From Mitosporidium daphniae (taxonomy: Eukaryota), in contig NW_013546667.1 in assembly GCF_000760515.2 (NCBI RefSeq), positions 1 to 64,000 of the forward strand: 64,000 nucleotides of DNA, read 5' to 3'. Of the stretch, positions 1 through 11,101 are shown piece by piece. The notes below the pieces were generated by a model. The model saw only the letters and a program-made list of their open reading frames with translations, was not told the origin of the DNA and did not search any database. Positions within the stretch are counted from its first letter, which is position 1. Each line of letters begins with the position of its first letter. The position numbers and the translations under genes were made by a program.

Positions 1-220
1 AGTTTTTTTGAGATAAATTCAACTGAGATCGATATTCCCACTTGTATTTACATGCTGCCCGCCCGGTCCAGAACTCCGAGAAGTCCGAAAAAAAAATTCC
101 TCTAAAGCAGGAAGAATGAAAAATACTTTCTGGAATATCACTCAGCCTTAGCGCAGAAACCCAGGCCTTCAATGAGGCTCCACTGGAATAGAGTCCCAAG
201 CAGAGCCTAGAAACATTCAT
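1..220 (-). CDS. ICT1/Pth4-like mitochondrial peptidyl-tRNA hydrolase (GGQ release-factor family), 5' part; runs off window
   Basis: Not in the ORF track. ATG at 220; removing a 25-nt GT-AG intron (102-126) gives MNVSRLCLGL...IPEKEFFFRTSRSSGPGGQHVNT, containing the RSSGPGGQHVN motif. Confidence 0.75.
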   Translation of the reverse strand, partial: MNVSRLCLGLYSSGASLKAWVSALRLSDIPESIFHSSCFRGIFFSDFSEFWTGRAACKYKWEYRSQLNLSQKN

Positions 221-1846
221 CCACAAAAAAACTTGTTTTAATTTTTATATTGCGATTTTATCGTTTGGTGGATTTCTCCCAAAATCGTTGCAACTTGAAA
301 TAAGCCCAGTTGCGCCGTATTTTAGTGTGTCGTTTTTGCAATTTTCTTTAATTAATACCCCTCGCTCAAAGTGCGGCCAAACCCTTTCCATCAAGAAACC
401 GACGATTGTAAATAAAAAAGTCGGCGTTATTTGGGAATGCTGTGCTCCGCTTTTAATAGCTTTGCGATTTCTGGCTATCTAAACCAGTCTAGTGGCTCAA
501 TTATGTTTTCAAGAATTTCTTTTTGTTTTTACCAATTATGCTGTATGTGTTTGTCTGATCCAGTCTTTCTAGACATGAATCTGAAGGCGGGGATATCTTA
601 GCACTTTAAATGAGAAAATGTTTATCGCAAGCTGATTCTCATAAGCTTTGCAAATTCCCTAAAATATCGCATCCATATGAAAACTTTGACCTCTTAGTTT
701 TGATAGAACATCTTTTTGGAATATTCTGTTCTCCCAGATCCTGCATATGGTCTCTTTCAACTATGAACTTTGTGCATGCATAATTTTTCCTCATTATTGC
801 ATCCAGAAAAGCCCCACCACGGCCAGCTATTTCCATTACATATGGAAGCAATGTGAACAATATTTTACTGGTTTATGGGTATCTTGGTACTGGCCAATTC
901 AAATATGTACCTCGTGATTATATGCTCGAGAACATTGACCCCGCTAAACCCTGAAATTTGATGTCCTTTGGCTGGCCCTATGACTTGACAGATAAATGAA
1001 TCTAGATCCCCCATACTTTGCTAGAAGATAATTGCACAGTTTTGTGCATTTTCCGCTCTTATTTTCATTTCATACCGTGGTCGATGTATCGGATTCATTT
1101 TCTAAGATCAAGAAATATTTTTCCAACTATTTTAGCTGAAATAAACGCTTTTTTCGTGCAGTGAAACTGAATTGAGATGAAAAAACACATAAATATCAGG
1201 TCCCTAAATGAATATTGGGCTATCGGCCGTAGCTTCCACAACTTTCCAGAAATGCGCATCTCTTTTGCCTGGTTGATCGATTAATTTACACCAGGATGCT
1301 CTATGGAATTTGTCAATACGCCGTGAGTGCTTCATTGGGCTTTTCAAGCGCAAATATCTGCTCGACTTGCGGTCAACTTGATCTAATACCTTCTTTCATT
1401 GATGCCAATTCTGTATCATTTCTAGGATCCATCAGGGTAAATTCAATGGTCGACTTTTCCTCATATTGCCTCAAAATTTTCGAACGGGCCTCTTCTTGCA
1501 ATTCGATTTTCAAAAAAATGGGAATGAAAAAAATATGCTTTTGAAAGCCGCTTTGTGCGGATGACGCTATCTTTTAAAAATGACGATTCTCCTTCTCAAG
1601 CACTTGTTGTAATTACTCGAGTTCATCAATGTTTTCAAGGGGCTGAAGAGCCATTTATAGGGAACGTATGGTAGCATATTTTTCTACCATTGCAAAACAT
1701 TCTCTTTATGTGGTACATCAGCCTAAAATGAGGGCACGCTATTTGATGTGCATTCTCCGCCACTATCCTCATCGATTGTCCAATTTTGGATTTCATTCTA
1801 AAATTTATTATAAGCACCAATGACAGGGTGTCATTCTTCTTTTTTA

Positions 1847-2167
1847 ATGAGTTGTTTTTGCATCATTGCGGGACTCACGTCAAGGGAACGCCGTGTTCAT
1901 ACCCTACCGGTGGAGTATGATCCCTCAAGGCTGCAATATTGCTTTGGATGTAGAAACATGCAAAAGCCGAATTTTAAAAGGCAAGACACTTGGTTTTCTC
2001 TATATTTTGTTCCCCTCTTTCGGGTTAGGAAAGGTCATCTGATTTCAGTTGTATGTAGCAATTGTAACTCCCCAATGCAGCTTAGTAACTATGGTGCTGC
2101 GCAACAAGCGCAAGCACAAGAACAAACACAAGCATTGACCCCTTCAGATGTACATAATAAAATTTAA
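1847..2167 (+). CDS. Small zinc-ribbon protein (zinc_ribbon_15-like)
   Basis: CFGC...WFSLYFVPLF...CSNC pattern; alternative start at 1820. Confidence 0.7.
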   Translation: MSCFCIIAGLTSRERRVHTLPVEYDPSRLQYCFGCRNMQKPNFKRQDTWFSLYFVPLFRVRKGHLISVVCSNCNSPMQLSNYGAAQQAQAQEQTQALTPSDVHNKI

Positions 2168-2882
2168 AATTCTTTGCTCCTCTTTATCACTCGCGGCGAT
2201 ACTGCTTGCAGCAGTTGTTCTGTACAAAAAAATATCAAGGCCTTCATCCAAAAAAGCCACGTCTTTAACGCTCGTATTAGGCTCCGGTACTCACTAGTAT
2301 GCCTGAATCAAATCTAGGGGGCCATACTTCCGAATTGCTTCTACTGATGAGAGACTTTGATTTTGAGCAAAGCGGGATTAAGACTGTGCATGCTGTGATC
2401 GGCTCTGATGGTGATATTCTTAGCGAAAAAAAATTACTGGAGCAAAAGTGGATTCGGTCTGTAAATCTGAAAGTACGCTTACTTTTTTCAATCGCAATTA
2501 GATCCATAAAATTACCCGGGGACGTTTTGTCGGTGGTTCGCTGCTCAGCAGCATCCCACATCTGTTACAGCTCCTCCTGCAATCAATATGGCTTGCAAGA
2601 AAAATCTTTTGCACAGAAACAATAGTACGGTGGTAGCTAACTCCATAGGTGATTTGCAATGGCCCTGCCATTTGCGTGCCACTTGCCATAATTGGATCGC
2701 TGCTACGAGCGACTACTGGAAATAGATATCCCCTCGTCATATACGTCGAATCGTTTGCACGAGTATGTAATCTATCGATATCGGGGCGTATCCTTTATTG
2801 GTTCGCTACGAAATTCATCGTTCAATGGCCGCAGCTGCAGAGCAAATATAGCCAAGCGGAATATTTGGGGGTCTTAATATAA
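2148..2882 (+). CDS. ALG14: UDP-GlcNAc transferase subunit ALG14
   Basis: Spliced (introns 2287-2317, 2473-2501, 2625-2648). N-terminal TM, LGSGGHTSE, ICNGP, YVESFARV..LS.SG.IL and QWPQL motifs. Confidence 0.9.
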
Positions 2883-2952
2883 TGTTCAAATGGATCGATT
2901 TTCCCGGGAATTTAAACCAATTTTTCCACAAAAATCAAGTAAAATTTTTGTG

Positions 2953-3663
2953 ATGGCAATTAATTTTACCGGCTCCACCCTTCAGCAGGATGGTCGGTTT
3001 TCGGATAAGGATAGAAAACTCATGGCATCGATGAAATTCCCGGCGTCTTTTTCGAAAAAAATAGACATGAAGCGCGTGAATTTGGAATCCATCCGGCCAT
3101 GGATCTCCCTAACGACAACATCCATGCTTGGCGGTGTTGAGGATGATATTCTAAACTCGCTAATTATGAATTTCCTACAACAGCCGACAGTCGATCCCAG
3201 GATGGTCCAAGTACAAATCACCCCTTTTCTAGAGGCAAAGGCGCCCACGTTTATGTCAGTGCTATGGAATCTTCTCATCCAGGCGGAAACGACTCCAAAT
3301 GGAGTCCCGCCAACCTTAAATGAGCTCTTCAAAAAGACAATCACTGTGGAAAAGAAAAATGATACCACAGACACGTACGAGAATTGGAATCGGGAAAAAA
3401 AGCCAAACTCTACCGAGCATCGGAGAAACAGGTCCCCATCATGCTCACCAGAGAGACCACGTAGCCGTCAAGCCTCTCCTCATGCTCCAAATCGGTCCTT
3501 GAGACGCTCTCGATCAACACGGGATATCCGTAATGATTCTCCTAGACGGCTTCGAGCCAGTGAGCGCTACCGTGGACATGAAAAAGACGACGATGACCAT
3601 TATTCGAGGCATCGACACTACCTCGACCGCCGTAAACGTTCGCGATCACGCTCCCCAAATTGA
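2953..3663 (+). CDS. PWI-domain RS-rich splicing protein (SRRM1/SRm160-like)
   Basis: FTGSTLQQDGRFSDK, KIDMKRVNL..IRPWI and a C-terminal RS-rich tail. Confidence 0.85.
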   Translation: MAINFTGSTLQQDGRFSDKDRKLMASMKFPASFSKKIDMKRVNLESIRPWISLTTTSMLGGVEDDILNSLIMNFLQQPTVDPRMVQVQITPFLEAKAPTFMSVLWNLLIQAETTPNGVPPTLNELFKKTITVEKKNDTTDTYENWNREKKPNSTEHRRNRSPSCSPERPRSRQASPHAPNRSLRRSRSTRDIRNDSPRRLRASERYRGHEKDDDDHYSRHRHYLDRRKRSRSRSPN

Positions 3664-3685
3664 TTTTTATAAATAATTTCCACCA

Positions 3686-4784
3686 TCATTCGAAAGAGAC
3701 AATATGGGCACCTTTTTTTCCAAGTCCGCTCCGGAATACCTGGATTTCAGGGCTAATTTTGTTTCTAGAAAATTGCATCCAATCAGAAAGGTCCCTTTCT
3801 CGAAGGAAGACAAATGCATTGGGGCCTGCATCAAATGAATAGGCAACTCTGGCTGCACTAGCACCGTTGAACTCGGTAACTGCATCAATTATAGAATTCG
3901 AGAGCGACGAAAGATATATGATTGGCGGATATGAATCTAAACAGCATGCATGGAATGAATTCGAGTCCTTAATGATGAGCTCCAGAAGCGCGGAAAAGGA
4001 CCCACAGGCGATCAATTCCTTAGCCAGAGCAAGTCGGCCAGGGACCAGATTCAAGGTGCGATATTTCAGAAAAGCAGATGTCTCCACGCTACGACGCATG
4101 CCTTCTGTCGATGAAATGTGTTTCTTAGATGATGAAAAAATGTAGATAAGGATGACAAGCTCATTTAACTCCTCTGAGGCCGGAATGGTTTCTGCAAAGC
4201 TCTCCTTGTCAGGCCACTCCGTGGTGGGGCCATGCCATTCCACAAATCCTCCACTTGTAGGAATTGACCTGCAGGCGCTTCCTGACGCTTGGCGGGCCAA
4301 CTGAGTCAATTGCCGCTCTGAGATGTGATCTTCGAGCTCGAAAAGCTTGTACAATCCAAAAGCCAGAGCGGCCATTCCGGAGGCAGAGGATGCAATTCCC
4401 GCTGCTGTCGGAAAATTATTAAAAGACTCGATGGATATAGGTAGCCTTCCTTCTTGTTGGTATTTTTGCTTGCGAATGGCGTCCATCTATACATAAAAAA
4501 GGCAACACAAAAGCAATCCAAAAGCAAAGATCAATAGTTAGCTTTACCATGGAAATCAGCCTGCACACTCTGGATGAGAGGCTTGTCTCCTCCCCGTTCA
4601 GTACAAGGAAATCGTGTTGGATAGAATGATCAAACGAAATGGTGGTCAACGTGTAAATGGCCTCGGTGTCCAAAGTTGCTGATATGGATCCGTTGCATGG
4701 AACGATCAAGGTCTCATCCTTTTTACCCCAGTATTTGATGATGGCAATATTAATTGGTGCCTTAACGGTAACCCTTTTCTTCAT
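3686..4784 (-). CDS. MVD1: Diphosphomevalonate decarboxylase
   Basis: APINIAIIKYWGK, NNFPTAAGIASSASG, SGSACRS and YSFDAGPNA; intron about 4487-4547. Confidence 0.95.
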
Positions 4785-4806
4785 CCTAAAGGCGGTTAAA
4801 TTTTTT

Positions 4807-5478
4807 ATGAATTTTATTGCTTATGTGTTGACATTTTGCTTGATCAATCTTGCTGTTTTTCCCAACAGTGAGGCATCCTTCACAGATGTAAGAAGCTTTA
4901 CGGAAGTCGAAAGGCTTGCGCATATTAATAACCTGGACATTGATAAGGTTTTACAAGCCATCTCTTGGTCAAGCATGCCTCGAGATTATTTTAATGGATG
5001 CTGGGATCATCCCTACACAAAAGATCTCCTTGAAAAGGCCGTCGATTCGGAAGACAGTTGGCTATTCATTTCGAAGGGGTTACTTCCGTCCCACAAAGCC
5101 AGCTTGATTCCAGGGATATTAAAAATATCCAAGAACCGCTCGACCTTACCACCATCATTCTATCCTCTGTTCGTAGATGTTGTCTCATTTTTTGAATATA
5201 TCTATCACCAATTGGATCCGCAACTTTTTGAAAATAACCCGGATCCCTTTGTTGTGGGCTTATCTCCAATGCTGGCAAACGATCTTATAAATGCTATCGA
5301 TGAAAGGGGGCTTTTTCTTCCGAAATTTCGAAAGGCTATCTCAAAAAAGGCAATGCTTTCAACATACAAACGCTGCTGCTTAAGGTGCGCCCGATTTCTT
5401 TCTAACGGAGCCGAAATTACATCCTTGACCTTAATTATACTCCCTTCCGCCTCGGCGATCATTATGATGCTCTTTTAA
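4807..5478 (+). CDS. Hypothetical protein with signal peptide and C-terminal hydrophobic anchor
   Basis: 223-aa ORF with a hydrophobic N-terminus (MNFIAYVLTFCLINLAVFP) and a hydrophobic C-terminus; no family recognised. Confidence 0.6.
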   Translation: MNFIAYVLTFCLINLAVFPNSEASFTDVRSFTEVERLAHINNLDIDKVLQAISWSSMPRDYFNGCWDHPYTKDLLEKAVDSEDSWLFISKGLLPSHKASLIPGILKISKNRSTLPPSFYPLFVDVVSFFEYIYHQLDPQLFENNPDPFVVGLSPMLANDLINAIDERGLFLPKFRKAISKKAMLSTYKRCCLRCARFLSNGAEITSLTLIILPSASAIIMMLF

Positions 5479-5601
5479 TGATCACCTCTTGCCATTGACC
5501 CATGCTGGCGACAAATCGATGTGCCGAGCTAATTAATATTTTAGACGCCAATCCCAATTTTTTAATCCCTGAATAAAGTTTTGATTTTTACTTCCATTGC
5601 G

Positions 5602-7278
5602 ATGACTGATAAATCTATACATCAGGGTGGTTCGGGGGCGCATGGCCATTGCTGCGAAATCGGCGAGATAATTTCTGAAACAAATAAGGGCCATAATCGA
5701 ATATATGACGACCCAATGATCGAATTATCATATGGTTATTTGGACGAAGGTGAGACTGATGCGCCTCCGGTTAACGTAGAGACGGGCGCTGTCTCGACAC
5801 AGTCTTTTTCATCCCTTATCACAAATGGATACCAGCCGATAAGAAACTCGACCTTTTTCCCACCAGTAATAGCGTACAAAATCACGCTAAAGGCACATTT
5901 TGTCTCTTACATTTAGACTCATGAAAAGCAAAGCCCATCCATCAGAAGAAGATATTCAGAATTTGAGGGATTTAGAAGCTATCTGATGGAAAAATATCCC
6001 AACATTCTGTTTCCGCCAATTCCGGAGAAGCACACCATCCGTAAGGAAATTGCGTTTTTCATCACAAGTTGATTACGCCCATCAAGTTAAAATACGGTCG
6101 CCCGATAAAGGAATGCTGGAGCGGCGTTGTGCGATTCTGCAGATCTTTACAAATCGCCTTGCGCTGCATCCGAAAATCGGAAAGTTGCATCTTTTCCATC
6201 TGTTTATAACCACGGCAATTCCGTTGCCAGAGCTTCTGGCCAGAAACAATGCCACGTTTATCAATACCGATGCCCCATTTGATCAGGATACCGTCTATAA
6301 CTTTCTATGGGACAAGGCCGAAACAACCAACGACTCGATTCGAGCTTCTTTAAATTCCTTGTATAAGATATGCAAGACCTTGTCGAAATCTTTTGGAGGT
6401 AATTTATGTTGCTAAAGCCAGTTATTTCGGAATGCAGCACAAATCTTTCAGATGTCCTTGCAGAAACCAATTGGAATCTTGCTGGCCTTGATCCTGAGCT
6501 GGCGAATTTTCAGAAATTGCAAACAAGCAATAAAAAAACAGAAGATTCACTTGTGGAAACGCTGTTTTCTTTCAGCCTCAAAAACGGCGACATCGTACCA
6601 AGTTCGGAATTTTCATTTTTAGGGGAAAATATTTTTTCTACGCTCCCATCTTTTGAAGGAGTTGGTGTTATTTTCAGATTCTGTCAAGGTAAGCAGGCAA
6701 TTTCCGTTCACATATCGCTAACAGTCGATCTTTGAATGTAAGCGTGCCCACTCCAGCAAAATGGAAAACCTCCGCAGAACGCTTGCTACTGAAAAGGCGA
6801 ACATTGACTCCTCAACTAGAAGCGAAGGCCAAATGCTGTTGTCTTCTGAAGACCAAAGCGTAAATATGCGGAGAATATCTTCCTCTCTAAGCCCATCGAA
6901 TATCTTTCGCAACCTGTCTGTTGCCCTGTCCTCGCTGCTTGACAGGGAGGCTAGCGTTGAAACGGCCCTTCGACGTTCCTTGGAAACCATCTCAAAGGTA
7001 TGCACCCAATCATCGATGTATGTGGTTAGCTTGAAACCGAAATCTCCCTGCATGCCCAAATGATGGCCGAATTTGACATTCTTATGAAGCACGAGCTTTG
7101 CCATTATTTTGCCCAAATTTCGTCAAATTCAGAGCATATAAAAGGGTCCATCCTGCAAGGTTTCATGGATTTCGACCACAAGGTATCGCCCAATCACCCC
7201 ATCGCATGTCAATATTCTGTCACACTCGTATTATTTGGCCAATTAGGGCCTATGTTTTGCATTTTGATGCTCTTTTGA
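5602..7278 (+). CDS. Sorting nexin, PX-BAR type (SNX41/ATG20/SNX4-like)
   Basis: Spliced PX domain: IAYKI, IRRRYSEFEGFRSYL, PPIPEKH, ERR..LQIF.NRL..HP. Followed by a coiled-coil/BAR-like region. About 6 introns; 3' end uncertain. Confidence 0.8.
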
Positions 7279-7363
7279 ATTTATTTAATTATGCTATTTT
7301 AGGGGGCGCCGATTTAGTCAAATCTGCCCCAGGCTTCATGACAAAATAGAAATGCAGCGGTGA

Positions 7364-7957
7364 TCATGCAGGGTTGGTATGAGATGAGTTTAATAAATTT
7401 CGGAGCATCGACACCTGTTCCTGCAATAGCTTTACTCTCATTTCCTTTTCACTGACTTTGGCGTAGAGGTTGGAGTAGAGCGTCAACAATGACTTTTCCC
7501 AGCCCTTCTTTCGTTCTCTAGCTATCTGCGAGGTCAAGCTTTTTTTGGAACGATGTTTGGATGACATCGTTTCAAAGAGTGAGTCATCCATATCAACGGA
7601 ATCATCATCGTTTGAATCTGAAGAAGAACACTGGGCCGAATCCTTCTTCTTCGATAGGGAAGGTCTTCCCCGTTTCCGAGAGAAAATTTTATAAAAGTAA
7701 TCGGGGTGGATGAATGCATCCATAAAGTTGCTGTTTGCAGCATCGCCCTGTATGGCACTACAGTGGCCATCAGTACCAGGCGCATCCGTTTGTGTGGGCA
7801 TCAATTCGCTCAGCATTAGCAAAAGATTGAAGCTTGGACAAGACTGAATTTGTTGTGTAGTTATGGTCCTACTAGTGTTCTGATGACCAGACAAACGATT
7901 TCTATTGGCCAGCTCAAGTAGAAAAGAATCAGGAAAACAAGTACCAAACTCCATCAT
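7364..7957 (-). CDS. Putative bZIP-like transcription factor with AT-hook-like motif
   Basis: RKRGRP motif; basic segment (SQIARERKK) followed by leucine heptads at the C-terminus. Confidence 0.5.
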   Translation of the reverse strand: MMEFGTCFPDSFLLELANRNRLSGHQNTSRTITTQQIQSCPSFNLLLMLSELMPTQTDAPGTDGHCSAIQGDAANSNFMDAFIHPDYFYKIFSRKRGRPSLSKKKDSAQCSSSDSNDDDSVDMDDSLFETMSSKHRSKKSLTSQIARERKKGWEKSLLTLYSNLYAKVSEKEMRVKLLQEQVSMLRNLLNSSHTNPA

Positions 7958-8103
7958 ATCATAATGTAAAAAAGTTTTGCTTGATATTTCTCATAAAGTC
8001 AATTGTATTCGTCGACAAAGATCATCTGACTTAATTTCGGCGAAGATCACCTCGTAATTTACAAAACCACACCAAAATAAATTTTAATTTCAACCCTAAA
8101 AGT

Positions 8104-9245
8104 TTAACTCTTGCTCGAGGGCGAGGCATTCTTGACATTGTTATAGACGGCCATTGCCTGAGCAACAAAGCTAGCCGGATCTGAAGTTGGCGAGGAGGCG
8201 CCGCCGGGAAGCATCAGTGTCGTAGAAGATTTAGCGAGCGATCCAAATGCATCCATATATTTCTCTGCGATAATCAGAGAGACGGCACTGTTTCCATCTA
8301 CGTTGGTGCTCTTTAATACGCCAGCAATAGCTTCGATCCCTGCGCCAGTGGCTCGGGCTCGTAAGAGGATGGCTTCAGCCTCACCTAAAAATACGGCCAA
8401 CATAAAGGGTTACCGGTGGCATGGTTAATCTGCTCTATTTGATTAGATTCGGAAGCCAAAATCTGGGCCTGTTTCTTTCCTTCTGCAACGTTAATTTCGG
8501 ACTGTCTTTGGCCTATGTAAAAAGCGTCACGCACCACGCATATTTGTACCTTCAGACTCCAGGATTAGCGCTCGCTTCTGGCGCTCCGCAGAAACCTGCG
8601 AATGCATGGCTTTGACAACGGAATCAGGCGGATGAATGTCGCGAATCTCATATCGTAGGCATTTTATGCCCCATGCTTCCGCAGCTTCGTTTATAGCTTG
8701 CGTTATATTATGGTTTAGCTGAGAGCGCTCTGCCAGCGTACGATCCAAAGACATTTGGCCAATTTCAGACCTCATGGTGGTCTGGGCTAATTGGCTGATG
8801 CTGAAGTCAGCATCCTCAATTCCATAGGAGGCCTTGTATGGATCAAATATACGATAATACAGAACCCCGTCAATGGTGATGGTGACATTGTCTACAGTTT
8901 ATCGCTTGACTACTATTGTGTACCTTGAGTAATGGCCGATTGTGTGGGGATCTCTACAGCAACCTCTTTAAGGGTCTTGACATACCTAATGCGATCTATG
9001 AACGGAAATAGGATTGCAAGTCCGGGATCAAGGATGCGGGAGAATTTACCAAATCGTTCCACAACCCATGCTTGCTGCTGGGGGACAAATTTAACTACCG
9101 TGTTCATCGGAAGGCTATATGATCCGACATAAAAGTTTGGCGCATATCCGTAGCTATAAAAGGCTTTGCATAGTTTGGAAGGATAACCGAAGGCGCTTGC
9201 TGTTGTCGCTGACGAAGCAAATTTGGGGGCTCTCAACAAAAGCAT
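8104..9245 (-). CDS. Stomatin-like protein 2 (SPFH/band 7, mitochondrial)
   Basis: FVPQQQAWVVERFGKF, QSAITQDNV, WGIKCLRYEIRDI and AERQKRALILESEG; 3 introns. Confidence 0.93.
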
Positions 9246-9643
9246 CACAAACTTGAAAAATCGCAAAGCAATACCGTACCCTAAACTTAATTTTCAAGAA
9301 ATTACAGACCGCTGCTGCATTTCGATTTGCCGTATTGCTATATTGGATGTTTAATAAAATCGATATCCAGTTTATCTTTCGAACAGTGATGCGAATACCT
9401 TTTTCAGTCGATTAAAAGTAACGTGTGTATCTTGTGTACAAGCAATTGCTACTTTCGTAAGGTAATTGGAAAATATCCACCCCTGTTCCAACGGTGGCAG
9501 AAACCGCCTCGAAAACAAAAAATCTTCTGGAAAACAGGCTTTTCAGAAATTCAATTGATCGTTTGGATTTCTGAACACACCCGGAAATTTGCACTTGATT
9601 GCCAGTGGTGATCAGACCTATTTTAATTAGTTTTTAAATTTAA

Positions 9644-11003
9644 TTAATTATGCAAAATTGCGAATTTCTTTTGAAAAGCATCCTTGAGCATCTGAGTGCT
9701 TCCAATGATTGACTTGAGAAATTTCTCATACGGCGTTCCGCCTGTTCCAACGGCTTCAGTGTCCTTTTTGAGCTTCATCGCTTCCTGCTTGATAAACTTC
9801 CACACAATGCCGCCATGCAATTGTCGATTGGAAATCATCTGAGAAAGACAATCAATGAAGGGATGATAAATTTGGTTCTCCACGCAAAAGTCTTTAAACC
9901 CCTCGCCCCAACTCTCAACCCACAAAATAAGGTCGCGATCGGCCTTGGGCATGTATTTTCTGATCAGATACAAGTAATTGGGGGATCCATCTGGATTAGG
10001 AAGATGCCGAACACCAAACAAAGCATCCAATACTTGAATGAGTGGAGATTGGGCGGCAGAGCCTCCCGTGCTGGTGTAAATTGGAGCATCTGGGGCAGAA
10101 CCAAACTTCAGCCCGCCCATTTTGTCAAAACCGGGCGTATTCCAACCAGACAAGTATGGACGAAGGCCATTATAAAAGACGCTGGGCACGCAGTGCTCGT
10201 GGATGCGTTCAAGAAGCATTCCGATTTCCTTTAAAGAATTCAGCAGATTTCCAAGCTGCACTTCTATTTTTTCCTTGGCCTCATTGTGATTTGAATTCAA
10301 AATGGAAAAAATATTTTTGATGATTGGAACGATTCTTATAGATTCCAGCTCTATGGCGAGAGATACTTGATAAAACCACACTTCAGTCAAAGATCCGGTA
10401 ATTGTCGAGCATATCTCAATATCTCTATGGTTGATAAATAAAGCTCTTACTCAAGCTTGACAGAATTTATGTCCTTTTTGGTGGGAGAATGCCAATTGAA
10501 TTGAACGCTCGATGCATAATTTAAAACGGGCTCGAAATCAAAGTGCTTCGAAATCTCGATCCACGGCCCGGAAAGGTTATCTGGAAGAAGCTACATTTTA
10601 TGTGTGAAATTTCTTGTACTGTTAAAAGGGGATCGGTGGTAGAATTTCCATTCACGTATGCAACCGATATCATTGTCAATAGCGTGCATGCCCGTTGCCA
10701 TTCACGTTCACCCACAAGTGCTGAGCAATCAAACACAGGTAGCTACAAAATCAACCCAAACATACTTGCCTTTTCAATTTCCATTCGAAGGGTTCCTTCG
10801 CTGATAAGCATCGAGAGCTTGGAGCAAATATCCTCGAACTTTGTGAACAATTGGGATTGCAGTCTTGCAAGAGGAAATGCGCCGTCGAGGGACCCAGCCG
10901 TGTTGGTGATGGCGGGAAGCGCATTGTCTCCTTGGCTCGGAGCAGTGTCAAATTGCGTGTCAGTGCAGTTTTTATGGCTTTCAATAATAATGGTTTGACT
11001 CAT
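9644..11003 (-). CDS. BNA2: Indoleamine 2,3-dioxygenase
   Basis: FYNGLRPYLSGW, GGSAAQSPLIQ, YMP and GTGGTPY motifs; 3 introns, the first GC-AG. Confidence 0.9.
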
Positions 11004-11101
11004 CGTTTTAAGCGATCTTGAAAAAATAAGTTAAAAATTAGGTATGAATCACCTAATGGATGAGTAATTAATTTAACACGAACATTCTTGGAATTTGACA
11101 G

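Noticed and set aside
9260..9640. Possible small gene between the stomatin-like gene and IDO
   Set aside because: I could not build a coherent spliced ORF or recognise a motif.
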